From Pyrinomonadaceae bacterium (GTDB taxonomy: Bacteria; Acidobacteriota; Blastocatellia; Pyrinomonadales; Pyrinomonadaceae): 64,000 nt of DNA. Under the pieces are notes generated by a model that saw nothing but the letters and a program-made list of their open reading frames with translations, was not told the DNA's origin and made no database searches. The stretch is from assembly GCA_036388635.1 (NCBI GenBank), contig DASVRL010000422.1, positions 1,098 through 65,097 on the forward strand. Direction: 5' to 3'. How positions within the stretch are numbered: position 1 is the stretch's first letter; each line of letters begins with the position of its first letter. This document shows, piece by piece, positions 44,471-52,777 of this stretch. Both the position numbers and the translations under genes were made by a program.

Positions 44471-45982
44471 ATGTCATCGCGTAAATCTAATATGTGGAAC
44501 AAAATAAGCCTGATTATTCTTTCTCTGTTCGCCTTTGCCGTTTCTTTAGACGCTCATCCGCTGGGGAACTTTACCGTCAGCAATTATTCGCGAATCGAGC
44601 TTGAAAAAAATCAAATTCATCTGCGCTGCGTTCTGGATATGGCGGAAATCGCCGCTTTTCAGGAATCGCAGCAAATCGACGCGGACAAAAACAAAGTGCT
44701 TTCAAGCGAAGAACTCGGCGCTTATCTGGAAAAACTCACGCCCGAATACCTCGCCAATCTGAAACTTTTCATCGACGACCAGCCTGTACAAATTCAAACC
44801 GCGGCAAAGAACATTTCGCTTCCGCCGGGCGCGGGAAATCTGCCTACGCTGCGGGTCGAATGGGATTTCGCGGCGGAAATTCCCGCCGGCGCAGCGAGCG
44901 CGATTCGTCGCCTGCGATTTGAAAACGCCAATTACAAAGAGCGTCTCGGATGGAATGAAATCGTGATTAATCGCGCCGCCGGCATCAATGTTTTCGACAG
45001 CAGCGCCTTCGGCAGCGCGCTGACCGACGAATTGAAAGCTTACCCCGAAGATATGTTGAGCGCGCCTTTAACGGAAAGAGCGGCGGAGCTTTCTTTTACC
45101 GGCGGCGCAACTGTTCCCGCCGACGCTAAAGCGCTGCAAAATCGTAACGGAAGCGCCAGCGCGCCCGTCCAGAAAGACAGTCTCGCCGACTTGATTTCGG
45201 TGCGCGAAATCACGCCGGCAATCGTTTTGTTCGGCTTGGCTCTAGCCTTCGGTCTGGGCGCGATGCACGCGATGTCGCCCGGACACGGCAAAACGGTCGT
45301 CGGCGCGTATCTGGTCGGCTCAAAGGGAACCGTCAAACACGCGGCATTTTTGGGTTTGACGGTGACCATCACGCACACGCTCGGGGTTTTTGCGCTCGGA
45401 CTCATCACTCTGTTTGCGACGCAGTTTATACTGCCCGAGCGAATTATGCCGTTTCTGAGCTTCGTTTCGGGCTTGCTGGTGCTGTTTATCGGTCTGACGC
45501 TTTTCAAGGAAAGACTCGTTTCCGCGCTCGGTTATAAAACAACTCATCATCACCACGACCACGGCGATGCTCACGAGCACGGTCACGAACACGGCGACGA
45601 GCATCACCATCACGACCATCACGGCGCGTTGGTTCATACACACGACGGGCAGACGCATTCGCATCTGCCGCCGGAAGCGGTGACGTGGAAAAGCCTGCTC
45701 GCGCTCGGCATCTCGGGCGGACTGCTGCCTTGCCCGTCCGCGCTGGTTTTAATGCTGGCGGCGATTAATCTAAACCGGGTCGGCTACGGGCTTCTTCTGA
45801 CTTTGGCTTTTAGTTTCGGTTTGGCGGCGACTTTAATGTGCGTCGGTTTGGCTTTTCTTTATCTGGGAAAACTGCTTGACCGTCCTTCGATTGGCAGCAA
45901 TCCGATTGTCAAAGCTTTGCCGGTTTTCAGCGCGATGGTTATCGCCGGCGTCGGCGCTGTAATTTGTTACAACTCGCTCTAA
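44471..45982 (+). CDS. RcnA/NicO-type nickel/cobalt transporter with a large N-terminal periplasmic domain
   Basis: The ATG at 44471 follows the previous stop. It has a signal peptide and a ~260-aa extracytoplasmic domain. The transporter signature GAMHAMSPGHGKTVVGAYLVG follows. The His-rich loop is HHHHDHGDAHEHGHEHGDEHHHHDHHGALVHTHDGQTHSH. Confidence 0.75.
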   Translation: MSSRKSNMWNKISLIILSLFAFAVSLDAHPLGNFTVSNYSRIELEKNQIHLRCVLDMAEIAAFQESQQIDADKNKVLSSEELGAYLEKLTPEYLANLKLFIDDQPVQIQTAAKNISLPPGAGNLPTLRVEWDFAAEIPAGAASAIRRLRFENANYKERLGWNEIVINRAAGINVFDSSAFGSALTDELKAYPEDMLSAPLTERAAELSFTGGATVPADAKALQNRNGSASAPVQKDSLADLISVREITPAIVLFGLALAFGLGAMHAMSPGHGKTVVGAYLVGSKGTVKHAAFLGLTVTITHTLGVFALGLITLFATQFILPERIMPFLSFVSGLLVLFIGLTLFKERLVSALGYKTTHHHHDHGDAHEHGHEHGDEHHHHDHHGALVHTHDGQTHSHLPPEAVTWKSLLALGISGGLLPCPSALVLMLAAINLNRVGYGLLLTLAFSFGLAATLMCVGLAFLYLGKLLDRPSIGSNPIVKALPVFSAMVIAGVGAVICYNSL

Positions 45983-46006
45983 TTAAACCGGGCAAAGGGA
46001 GAAACG

Positions 46007-46726
46007 ATGACGACATCGACTATCACAATTTTATTTCTTGGTTTTCTTCTCGGGCTGAAACACGCGGTGGAAGCTGACCATCTGGCGGCGGTTTCGACCA
46101 TCGTGACGGAAAGAAAAAGCCTTTTGAGTTCTGCGCTGGTCGGCGGCGTCTGGGGATTGGGTCATACGATTTCCCTGCTGGTCGTCGGCGTTTTTGTCTT
46201 ACTGCTCGATTTTCGTATCAGCGAGCGAACCGAAAGTATTCTGGAATTATTCGTCGGCGCGATGCTCATTTTTCTGGGCTTGAATGTGATGCAGAAAATA
46301 GCGCGCGGCGGGACGCTGCATCTGCACAAGCACGAACACGGCGGACGCGTTCACGTCCATCCGCATTTACACGACGAGCAGGCAACGCCGGACGAGCCGC
46401 ACGCGCATCACGGGCTTTCTCTCAGTCCTCGTCCTTTGTTCATCGGATTGGTTCACGGGCTGGCGGGCAGCGCCGCTTTAATGCTGCTGGTGCTGCCGAC
46501 TATCGAGTCGCGTCCGGTAGGCTTGCTTTATATTATTATTTTCGGCTTAGGTTCAATCGCCGGGATGATGCTGATGAGTTTGCTGGTCAGCCTGCCGCTT
46601 CAGCTCACCGCGCTGCATTTTAATCGCGCCAACCTTTGGCTGCGGGTTTCGGCGGGTTTGTTCAGCATCGGATTCGGTCTGTGGATCGTTTACGAAAAAG
46701 GTTTTGCCGACCATCTGAGCGGATAG
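46007..46726 (+). CDS. NicO/UreH-like high-affinity Ni/Co transporter-family membrane protein
   Basis: It has the motif GLKHAVEADHLAAVSTIV (HAxxADH signature). The His-rich loop is HLHKHEHGGRVHVHPHLHDEQATPDEPHAHHG. Six or more TM segments are apparent. Confidence 0.75.
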   Translation: MTTSTITILFLGFLLGLKHAVEADHLAAVSTIVTERKSLLSSALVGGVWGLGHTISLLVVGVFVLLLDFRISERTESILELFVGAMLIFLGLNVMQKIARGGTLHLHKHEHGGRVHVHPHLHDEQATPDEPHAHHGLSLSPRPLFIGLVHGLAGSAALMLLVLPTIESRPVGLLYIIIFGLGSIAGMMLMSLLVSLPLQLTALHFNRANLWLRVSAGLFSIGFGLWIVYEKGFADHLSG

Positions 46727-46893
46727 GTTTTAAACGACTTGTCGGTAGCAAACTCTCTTTCGATTAAGCTTCCGGCTTTCTCGCGCGGTTGCGCTGTTTC
46801 GGTTAAAATGGCGTCAAGCTGAATAATAAGTTACTCTAAAATCCAAAGTTGAAATGTTAAAACAAATCTCGACGGTCAAAATTAATTGTAAAA

Positions 46894-48009
46894 ATGCCGT
46901 ATAAAATTCCCGTCGCCGCTCCTTCTTTAATCGGCAACGAAAAGGAGTATGTCAACGACTGTATGGAATCCGGGTGGATTTCATCGGCGGGCAAATACAT
47001 AGAATTATTCGAGGCTCGTTTTGCCGAATTCTGCGGCGTCCGCCACGCCGTCGCCTGCTGTAACGGGACGATCGCGCTGCATCTGGCGCTGGTCGCGCTG
47101 GGCGTCCGCCAGGGCGATGAAGTTATCGTTCCGACCCTGACTTTTGTCGCCACCGCCAACGCCGTGACTTATTGCGGCGCGACTCCGGTTTTCGTCGATT
47201 CCGAAGCAGAAACGTGGAACTTAGACCCGGCGCGCGTCGAAGCCGCGATTACGCCGCGCACGAAAGGCATCATCGCCGTTCATCTATACGGTCATCCGGC
47301 GAAGATGGACGAGTTAAAAGAAATCGCCCGCCGCCATAACCTGTTTTTGCTGGAAGACGCGGCGGAAGCTCACGGCGCGTCTTACAAAGGACAAACAATC
47401 GGCTCAATCGGAAACGCCGCCGCTTTCAGCTTTTACGCCAATAAAATCATCACTACGGGCGAAGGCGGAATGGTCGTCACCGATGACGACGCTCTGGCAG
47501 AGCGGGCGCGGATTCTGCGCGGTCAGGGAATGGATTCAAAGCGCCGCTACTGGTTTCCGGTCATCGGCTATAACTACCGGATGATGAATCTGCCCGCCGC
47601 CATCGGTCTCGCCCAGCTTGAGAAAATTGACGAACAGCTCGCAGCGCGAAAGCGTATCGCCGCGTTATATCGAGAAAAATTACAGGATGTCGGCGGTCTG
47701 ACGTGGCAGAATGAGAACGCGTGGGCGCGCCACGTTTACTGGATGTTCAATGTCGTTCTGGAACCGGGCGTTTGGGCGACGCGCGACGACGTAATGGAAA
47801 TGTTAAGCCGTCGCGGAATCGAAACCAGACCCGTTTTCTACCCGATGCATTCTTTGCCGCCTTATATTGATTCCGCCCGCGCCGAAAAATTTCCGGTCGC
47901 CGAGAGTTTGGCGCGCAACGGAATCAGCCTGCCGACCTGGGCGGGATTAAAAAGCGAAGATATAGATTATATTTGTAACGCTCTGCGGCAGTGTAAAATT
48001 AAAGTTTAA
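46894..48009 (+). CDS. DegT/DnrJ/EryC1-family PLP aminotransferase, GDP-perosamine synthase-like
   Basis: It is co-linear along its length with my recollection of E. coli O157 RfbE/Per. Shared blocks are IPV..PSL.G.EKEYVN.C..S.WISS.G.YI..FE, NGT.ALHLAL.ALG...GDEVIVPTLT, GEGGMVVT, IGYNYRM.N..AAIGLAQLE and ETRPVFYP.H..P.Y. Confidence 0.75.
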   Translation: MPYKIPVAAPSLIGNEKEYVNDCMESGWISSAGKYIELFEARFAEFCGVRHAVACCNGTIALHLALVALGVRQGDEVIVPTLTFVATANAVTYCGATPVFVDSEAETWNLDPARVEAAITPRTKGIIAVHLYGHPAKMDELKEIARRHNLFLLEDAAEAHGASYKGQTIGSIGNAAAFSFYANKIITTGEGGMVVTDDDALAERARILRGQGMDSKRRYWFPVIGYNYRMMNLPAAIGLAQLEKIDEQLAARKRIAALYREKLQDVGGLTWQNENAWARHVYWMFNVVLEPGVWATRDDVMEMLSRRGIETRPVFYPMHSLPPYIDSARAEKFPVAESLARNGISLPTWAGLKSEDIDYICNALRQCKIKV

Positions 48010-48073
48010 CGGGCATTGAGAATCTGGAAGTTTCTAACCGGAGAATAGAAATCAGTTAATAATTCATCGCTTT

Positions 48074-48883
48074 ATGGCGTCAGCGGCGAAAGCAAACAGC
48101 AGTCGGAAAATCTTTTCAATCGTTCTCGCCACATATAATTGCGGGCGGAAGGTTGAACCGACTATCGAATCGATTCTCGGTCAAAACAAAGATTTATTTG
48201 AATTGATTGTCCTTGACGGCGCTTCGACCGACGACACGCTGGACTGCATAAAGAAATATGAAAGCGATTTAACCCTGATTTCCGAAAAAGACGCAGGCGT
48301 TTACGACGCCTTTAACAAAGGGATAGATTTGGCGACCGGCGAATATTTATATTTCATCGGCGCGGGCGACAAATTGCGCGAAGGCGTTTTAGAGACCGTC
48401 AGCGAATTTTTGCCGCTCGAAGTTACGGCTTTCGTTTACGGCGACGCTTACGTGGTAAAAGAACAAATTCATTACGGCGGCGAATACGACGAGTCGCGCC
48501 TGCAAAAGCAGAACATTTGTCATCAAGCCGTATTTTATCACCGCGACATTTTCGCGCTTCTAGGGAAATACGAGCTGCGATACAGCATTTTTTCCGACTG
48601 GGCGTTGAACTTAAAATGCTTCGGGAATCGCCGCATCCGCAAGCAGTATCTCGAGCGCGTCATCGTCGATTTTGAAGGCGGCGGCTTAAGCTCGACCGAC
48701 GGAGACGCCGATTTTAAAAAAGATTTTCCGCGCCTGGTCAGAAATTATCTGGGTCTGAAATCTTATATTGCTTACCGGTCGCCGCTGGTTTCGTCCGGTA
48801 TTTATTGGAAAATATATTTTCCGTTTGTGAGACCTTTAGTCAGCGCGCTTCGAAAGCTGAAAAACGGCAGGCGCGAATCGTAG
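48074..48883 (+). CDS. glycosyltransferase family 2
   Basis: It has FSIVLATYNCGRKVEPTIESIL..LIVLDGASTDDT and a DxD-like region (GAGD). Confidence 0.8.
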   Translation: MASAAKANSSRKIFSIVLATYNCGRKVEPTIESILGQNKDLFELIVLDGASTDDTLDCIKKYESDLTLISEKDAGVYDAFNKGIDLATGEYLYFIGAGDKLREGVLETVSEFLPLEVTAFVYGDAYVVKEQIHYGGEYDESRLQKQNICHQAVFYHRDIFALLGKYELRYSIFSDWALNLKCFGNRRIRKQYLERVIVDFEGGGLSSTDGDADFKKDFPRLVRNYLGLKSYIAYRSPLVSSGIYWKIYFPFVRPLVSALRKLKNGRRES

Positions 48884-48895
48884 TATTATATTTTT

Positions 48896-49363
48896 GTGAC
48901 GACGTTTAAGAAATCGCTGTTAATTCGTCCTCTCCAGCCCGGCGATGCCGCTTCGGTCTCGGATTTTATGCGCTCGCAGCCCGCTGAATATTCAAGATTT
49001 TTTTACGCGTTCGGCTCGGACGAGACGATGATTGCGGAAATTTTGTCCGCCTGCCGCGCCGACGTTTACTCGGGAGTTTTCTGGCAGGAAAATCTGGTCG
49101 GAATATTTATGCTGCGCGGCTGGGACGCGGGCTTTGAAATTCCTTCCTTCGGAGTTTTGATTGACGAAAAATATCGCGGCGGCGCATTTATGCGCCTTAC
49201 GCTCGACACCGCCAAGCTGATTTGCCGGCTGTCGGGCGCGAAGCGGCTGATGGCGAAAATTCATCCCGATAACGTAAGCCCACGCGGCGCGAGTCGGCTG
49301 GGCTTGCGTCAAACCGGCGTCGAAGAATCGACCGGCAATATAATTTATCACCTGGAACTCTAA
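48896..49363 (+). CDS. GNAT-family N-acetyltransferase
   Basis: 155 aa with a GNAT motif A-like region (IDEKYRGGAFMRLTL). The GTG start is uncertain. Confidence 0.6.
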   Translation: MTTFKKSLLIRPLQPGDAASVSDFMRSQPAEYSRFFYAFGSDETMIAEILSACRADVYSGVFWQENLVGIFMLRGWDAGFEIPSFGVLIDEKYRGGAFMRLTLDTAKLICRLSGAKRLMAKIHPDNVSPRGASRLGLRQTGVEESTGNIIYHLEL

Positions 49364-49367
49364 AAAT

Positions 49368-50618
49368 TTGACGGTTATGCGTTTACTCAAATTAGGCATT
49401 TATCACTCAACCTACCTGCGAGATTTTTACGCGGAGCGTGCTGAACTGGAAACGCAAACCTATTCAATCCAGCACAAGATAATAATAGATGATTGTTTCG
49501 GCTCGTCCGATTTCTGGACGCGAAGCTTAAACAAGCTGAATTACCAAACCGCCGACCTCATCGCCAACGCCGAACCTTTGCAAAAACAATGGGCGCGCGA
49601 AAATGATTTTAGTTTTGACGATAAAAACTGGCTTTTCGAAATCGCCGCCGCGCAGATTGTAAAGTTTCGCCCCGACGTGCTTCTGGTCGCGGATTACTCC
49701 ACTTTTACCGCCGATTTTCTCAGAAATATAAAACGCGAATGTCCTTCCGTCCGGCTGGTTTTGGGCTGGTGCGGCGCGCCGTATAATGACGCGTCGGTTT
49801 TCGGCGAGTGGGATATAGTGCTGTCGTGCATCCCGGAATTAGTCAATGATTTCCGAAGCCAGGGACACCAATGCTTTCACGTCAATCACGCTTTCGCGCC
49901 GCGCATTTTGAACCAGCTCGATTCGATTTTGCCGACGTCCGTCGATTTTGCGTTCGTCGGCTCGATTTTAAAGCAAAGCCGTTTTCACATCGAGCGCGAA
50001 CGGATTTTGTCCGAACTGGTCAGGCACACGGATTTACAAATCTGGTCGGAAATAAAAAGCCCGTCTTTGAAGCAGCAGCGAAACGGTTTTGTCCGCCGGA
50101 AAGCCTCGCAAGCGGTGGCGGCGGCAAAAACGGCGGGCGTGCCGCAGGATTTAATAAATGCGCTCCCGCTCGTGCGAAGACTCACAAATGGGAAACCGTC
50201 TCAAATAGCCGAGCAGGATATCGACGCGCAGATTGCCCGCCGGACGCGCCCGCCGGTTTTCGGCGTAAAGATGTTTCAGACGCTTCGCCGGAGCCGCGTC
50301 GTGCTGAATACGCACATCGACGTTTCTCCATCAAACGCGTCTAATATGCGTCTTTTCGAGGCGACCGGCGTCGGAACTTGTCTGCTGACGGATTGGAAAG
50401 AAAATCTGGCTGAGTTATTCGAGCCCGATAAAGAAGTGCTGACTTACAGTTCGGCGGCGGAATGCGTCGAAAAAATCAGATATATTCTCGCGCGCGAAGA
50501 CGAACGCCGTGCCATCGCCGCCGCCGGACAGCGCCGCACCCTGCGCGAGCATAATTTCGATAACCGGGCGGCTCGGATTGACGAAATCATCAAGGAATAT
50601 TTTGCGGCTCACAGGTAG
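49368..50618 (+). CDS. CgeB-like glycosyltransferase (Glyco_trans_1_2 C-terminal domain)
   Basis: The C-terminal pattern is NMRLFEATGVGTCLLTDWKENLAELFEPDKEVLTYSSAAECVEKIRYIL. The start is TTG 49368 or ATG 49377. Confidence 0.65.
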   Translation: MTVMRLLKLGIYHSTYLRDFYAERAELETQTYSIQHKIIIDDCFGSSDFWTRSLNKLNYQTADLIANAEPLQKQWARENDFSFDDKNWLFEIAAAQIVKFRPDVLLVADYSTFTADFLRNIKRECPSVRLVLGWCGAPYNDASVFGEWDIVLSCIPELVNDFRSQGHQCFHVNHAFAPRILNQLDSILPTSVDFAFVGSILKQSRFHIERERILSELVRHTDLQIWSEIKSPSLKQQRNGFVRRKASQAVAAAKTAGVPQDLINALPLVRRLTNGKPSQIAEQDIDAQIARRTRPPVFGVKMFQTLRRSRVVLNTHIDVSPSNASNMRLFEATGVGTCLLTDWKENLAELFEPDKEVLTYSSAAECVEKIRYILAREDERRAIAAAGQRRTLREHNFDNRAARIDEIIKEYFAAHR

Positions 50619-50655
50619 AAAATACGCCCGATAAAGCGGATGAAACCGGAATCTG

Positions 50656-51957
50656 ATGAAACCGATAGCGAAGGTCGAAAATTTAAGTAAAGAGTATCAA
50701 CTCGGAAATCGCGCCGCGTCCGATACCACTCTAAGAGATGCTCTGGCAGGAATTCTTCGCGCGCCGCTGGAGGTTTTTTCTCGCCGTAATCGAAAAGAAC
50801 GCAAGATGTTCTGGGCTTTACGCGACGTCAGTTTTGAAGTCGAGCCGGGCGAAGTGGTCGGCATCATCGGGCGCAATGGCGCGGGCAAATCCACCTTGCT
50901 GAAAATTTTGTCGCGCGTGACGAAACCGACCGGCGGGCAAGTTGAGTTATACGGTCGGACGAACAGCCTTCTGGAAGTCGGCACGGGTTTTCATCCCGAA
51001 TTGACCGGGCGCGAAAACATTTTCGTCAACGGCGCGATTTTGGGAATGAAACGCCGGGAAATCGAGCGAAAGTTTGACGAAATCGTCGCCTTTGCCGGGA
51101 TTGACGAATTTTTGGACACCGCCGTCAAGCATTATTCGAGCGGGATGTACGCGCGGCTCGCTTTTTCGGTCGCCGCGCATCTGGATTCCGAGATTTTGAT
51201 TATCGACGAGGTTTTGTCGGTCGGCGACGCCGAGTTTCAGAAAAAATGTCTGGGCAAGGTAGGCGAAGCGGCGAGCGCCGGTCGGACGATTTTTTTCGTC
51301 AGTCATAATATGGCGGCGGTCGAAAATCTGTGCCGTCGCGGAATCGTTCTGGAAAAAGGAAAAGTCACCTTTATCGGCAAACAAACCGAGGCTATCTCGC
51401 ACTATCTGGCAAAAGCGGACAAAAATCTTAAAATGGATTTGAGCCGACAGCCTGACCGCACCGGCTCGGGCGAGGTGCGAGTGACCGCGATTGAAATCAG
51501 AGATACGCGCGGCGTTCAGCTTGCCGCGGCAGCTTCCGGTCAGGACATCGACATCTGTTTTCACTTTGAAACCGCGCCCGGTTACAAAAAAAAGAACGTG
51601 ATGATGGGTTTTATGGTCAGAACTTACTGGGACGTGCCGGTCTTTCTCCAGCACAACCGTTTAACGCGCGACGAGTGGAATGCCCTGCCGCCGAAAGGCG
51701 TTTTCATCTGCCGCATTCGTCGCCTGCCTCTGCCGCCGACGAGCTATCGTCTGGGCTTCAGCGTGATGTACGACGATGAATATCTCGATAGGATTGACGA
51801 CGCCAGCGAGTTAACCGTCACGGACGGAGATTTTTACGGTTCGGGCGAAGTCCCGCCGGTCAGTCACGGCTGCTGTCTCGTGGACGCGGAATGGCGGCTT
51901 CTGGATTCCGATTCGGCAGCGGTTTTCGGAACTGAAAAAGCCGAACTCGAAGCGTGA
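50656..51957 (+). CDS. polysaccharide ABC exporter ATP-binding protein (Wzt/TagH-like) with C-terminal extension
   Basis: It has Walker A (GRNGAGKST), the signature SSGMYARLAF and Walker B (ILIIDEVLSVGD). An additional beta-rich C-terminal domain of ~180 aa resembles Wzt carbohydrate-binding modules. Confidence 0.85.
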   Translation: MKPIAKVENLSKEYQLGNRAASDTTLRDALAGILRAPLEVFSRRNRKERKMFWALRDVSFEVEPGEVVGIIGRNGAGKSTLLKILSRVTKPTGGQVELYGRTNSLLEVGTGFHPELTGRENIFVNGAILGMKRREIERKFDEIVAFAGIDEFLDTAVKHYSSGMYARLAFSVAAHLDSEILIIDEVLSVGDAEFQKKCLGKVGEAASAGRTIFFVSHNMAAVENLCRRGIVLEKGKVTFIGKQTEAISHYLAKADKNLKMDLSRQPDRTGSGEVRVTAIEIRDTRGVQLAAAASGQDIDICFHFETAPGYKKKNVMMGFMVRTYWDVPVFLQHNRLTRDEWNALPPKGVFICRIRRLPLPPTSYRLGFSVMYDDEYLDRIDDASELTVTDGDFYGSGEVPPVSHGCCLVDAEWRLLDSDSAAVFGTEKAELEA

Positions 51958-51964
51958 GCTGAGA

Positions 51965-52723
51965 TTGATGATAAATATTCTGAATTCCCTTAAACGGCGA
52001 ATCCGAAATTTCGATAAGACGCCCGAAACTGCATCTTATGCGGAAGTCGAGCGCGCCGAGCAGATTTTTTATCTGGAATATCTGCGCGAAGGGATGACGG
52101 TTTTTGACGTCGGCGCAAACGTCGGCGAACTGACTTTGCTTTTCTCGCGCTTTACGGCGGGCGCGGGCGACGGAATTGTTCACGCTTTCGAGCCGAGCCG
52201 AGCCGCTTTTGAACGGCTGGAAAACGTTTGCCGCGCCGCGAATCGTCAAACGGTCGTTCTGAATAATCTGGCGCTGGCGGATAAAAAAGGTTTCATTCGG
52301 CTGCACGTTTACGAGGACGATTATCTGAGTTTTAATTCGCAGGCGGCGCGACCGCTGAAGGATTACGGGCTGGAAATTGAGCCGGTCGGAATCGAGCAAG
52401 TGCCCGCGACGACCGTTGACGATTATTGCGCCGACAAGGGAATTGAACAAATCGATTTGCTGAAAATTGATACGGAAGGCGCGGAATTGCAGGTGATGAA
52501 AGGCGCGCGAAAAATGTTAGAGTCCAAACGTATAAAATGCGTGACTTTCGAGTTCGGGCAAACCACTTTCGATATGGGAAACCGCCCGGAAGAGATAGAA
52601 GATTTTCTCGGAGAAATGAATTACAGCGTTCGCAATATCGTCAAAGGCAATCCGGTTTTTCCCGGACGCGAGAGCGTCAAAACGGCTAAATTTTCGATGC
52701 ACGTCGCCGTGCCGCGAGCATAA
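51965..52723 (+). CDS. FkbM-family SAM-dependent methyltransferase
   Basis: It has VFDVGANVGELTLLFSR and IDLLKIDTEGAELQVMKGA, which are FkbM hallmarks. Confidence 0.85.
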   Translation: MMINILNSLKRRIRNFDKTPETASYAEVERAEQIFYLEYLREGMTVFDVGANVGELTLLFSRFTAGAGDGIVHAFEPSRAAFERLENVCRAANRQTVVLNNLALADKKGFIRLHVYEDDYLSFNSQAARPLKDYGLEIEPVGIEQVPATTVDDYCADKGIEQIDLLKIDTEGAELQVMKGARKMLESKRIKCVTFEFGQTTFDMGNRPEEIEDFLGEMNYSVRNIVKGNPVFPGRESVKTAKFSMHVAVPRA

Positions 52724-52777
52724 AAGTCAATCGTTAAGGCTAATAATTGGCTTGTTTACCGCAGATTTATAATACGG

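Noticed and set aside
45530-45670. The His-codon-rich DNA (CAC/CAT runs) as a possible nucleotide repeat or assembly artefact
   Set aside because: It is read in frame within a transporter family known for His-rich loops, and the paralogue at 46320-46420 has an independent His-rich loop. It is therefore a protein-level feature.
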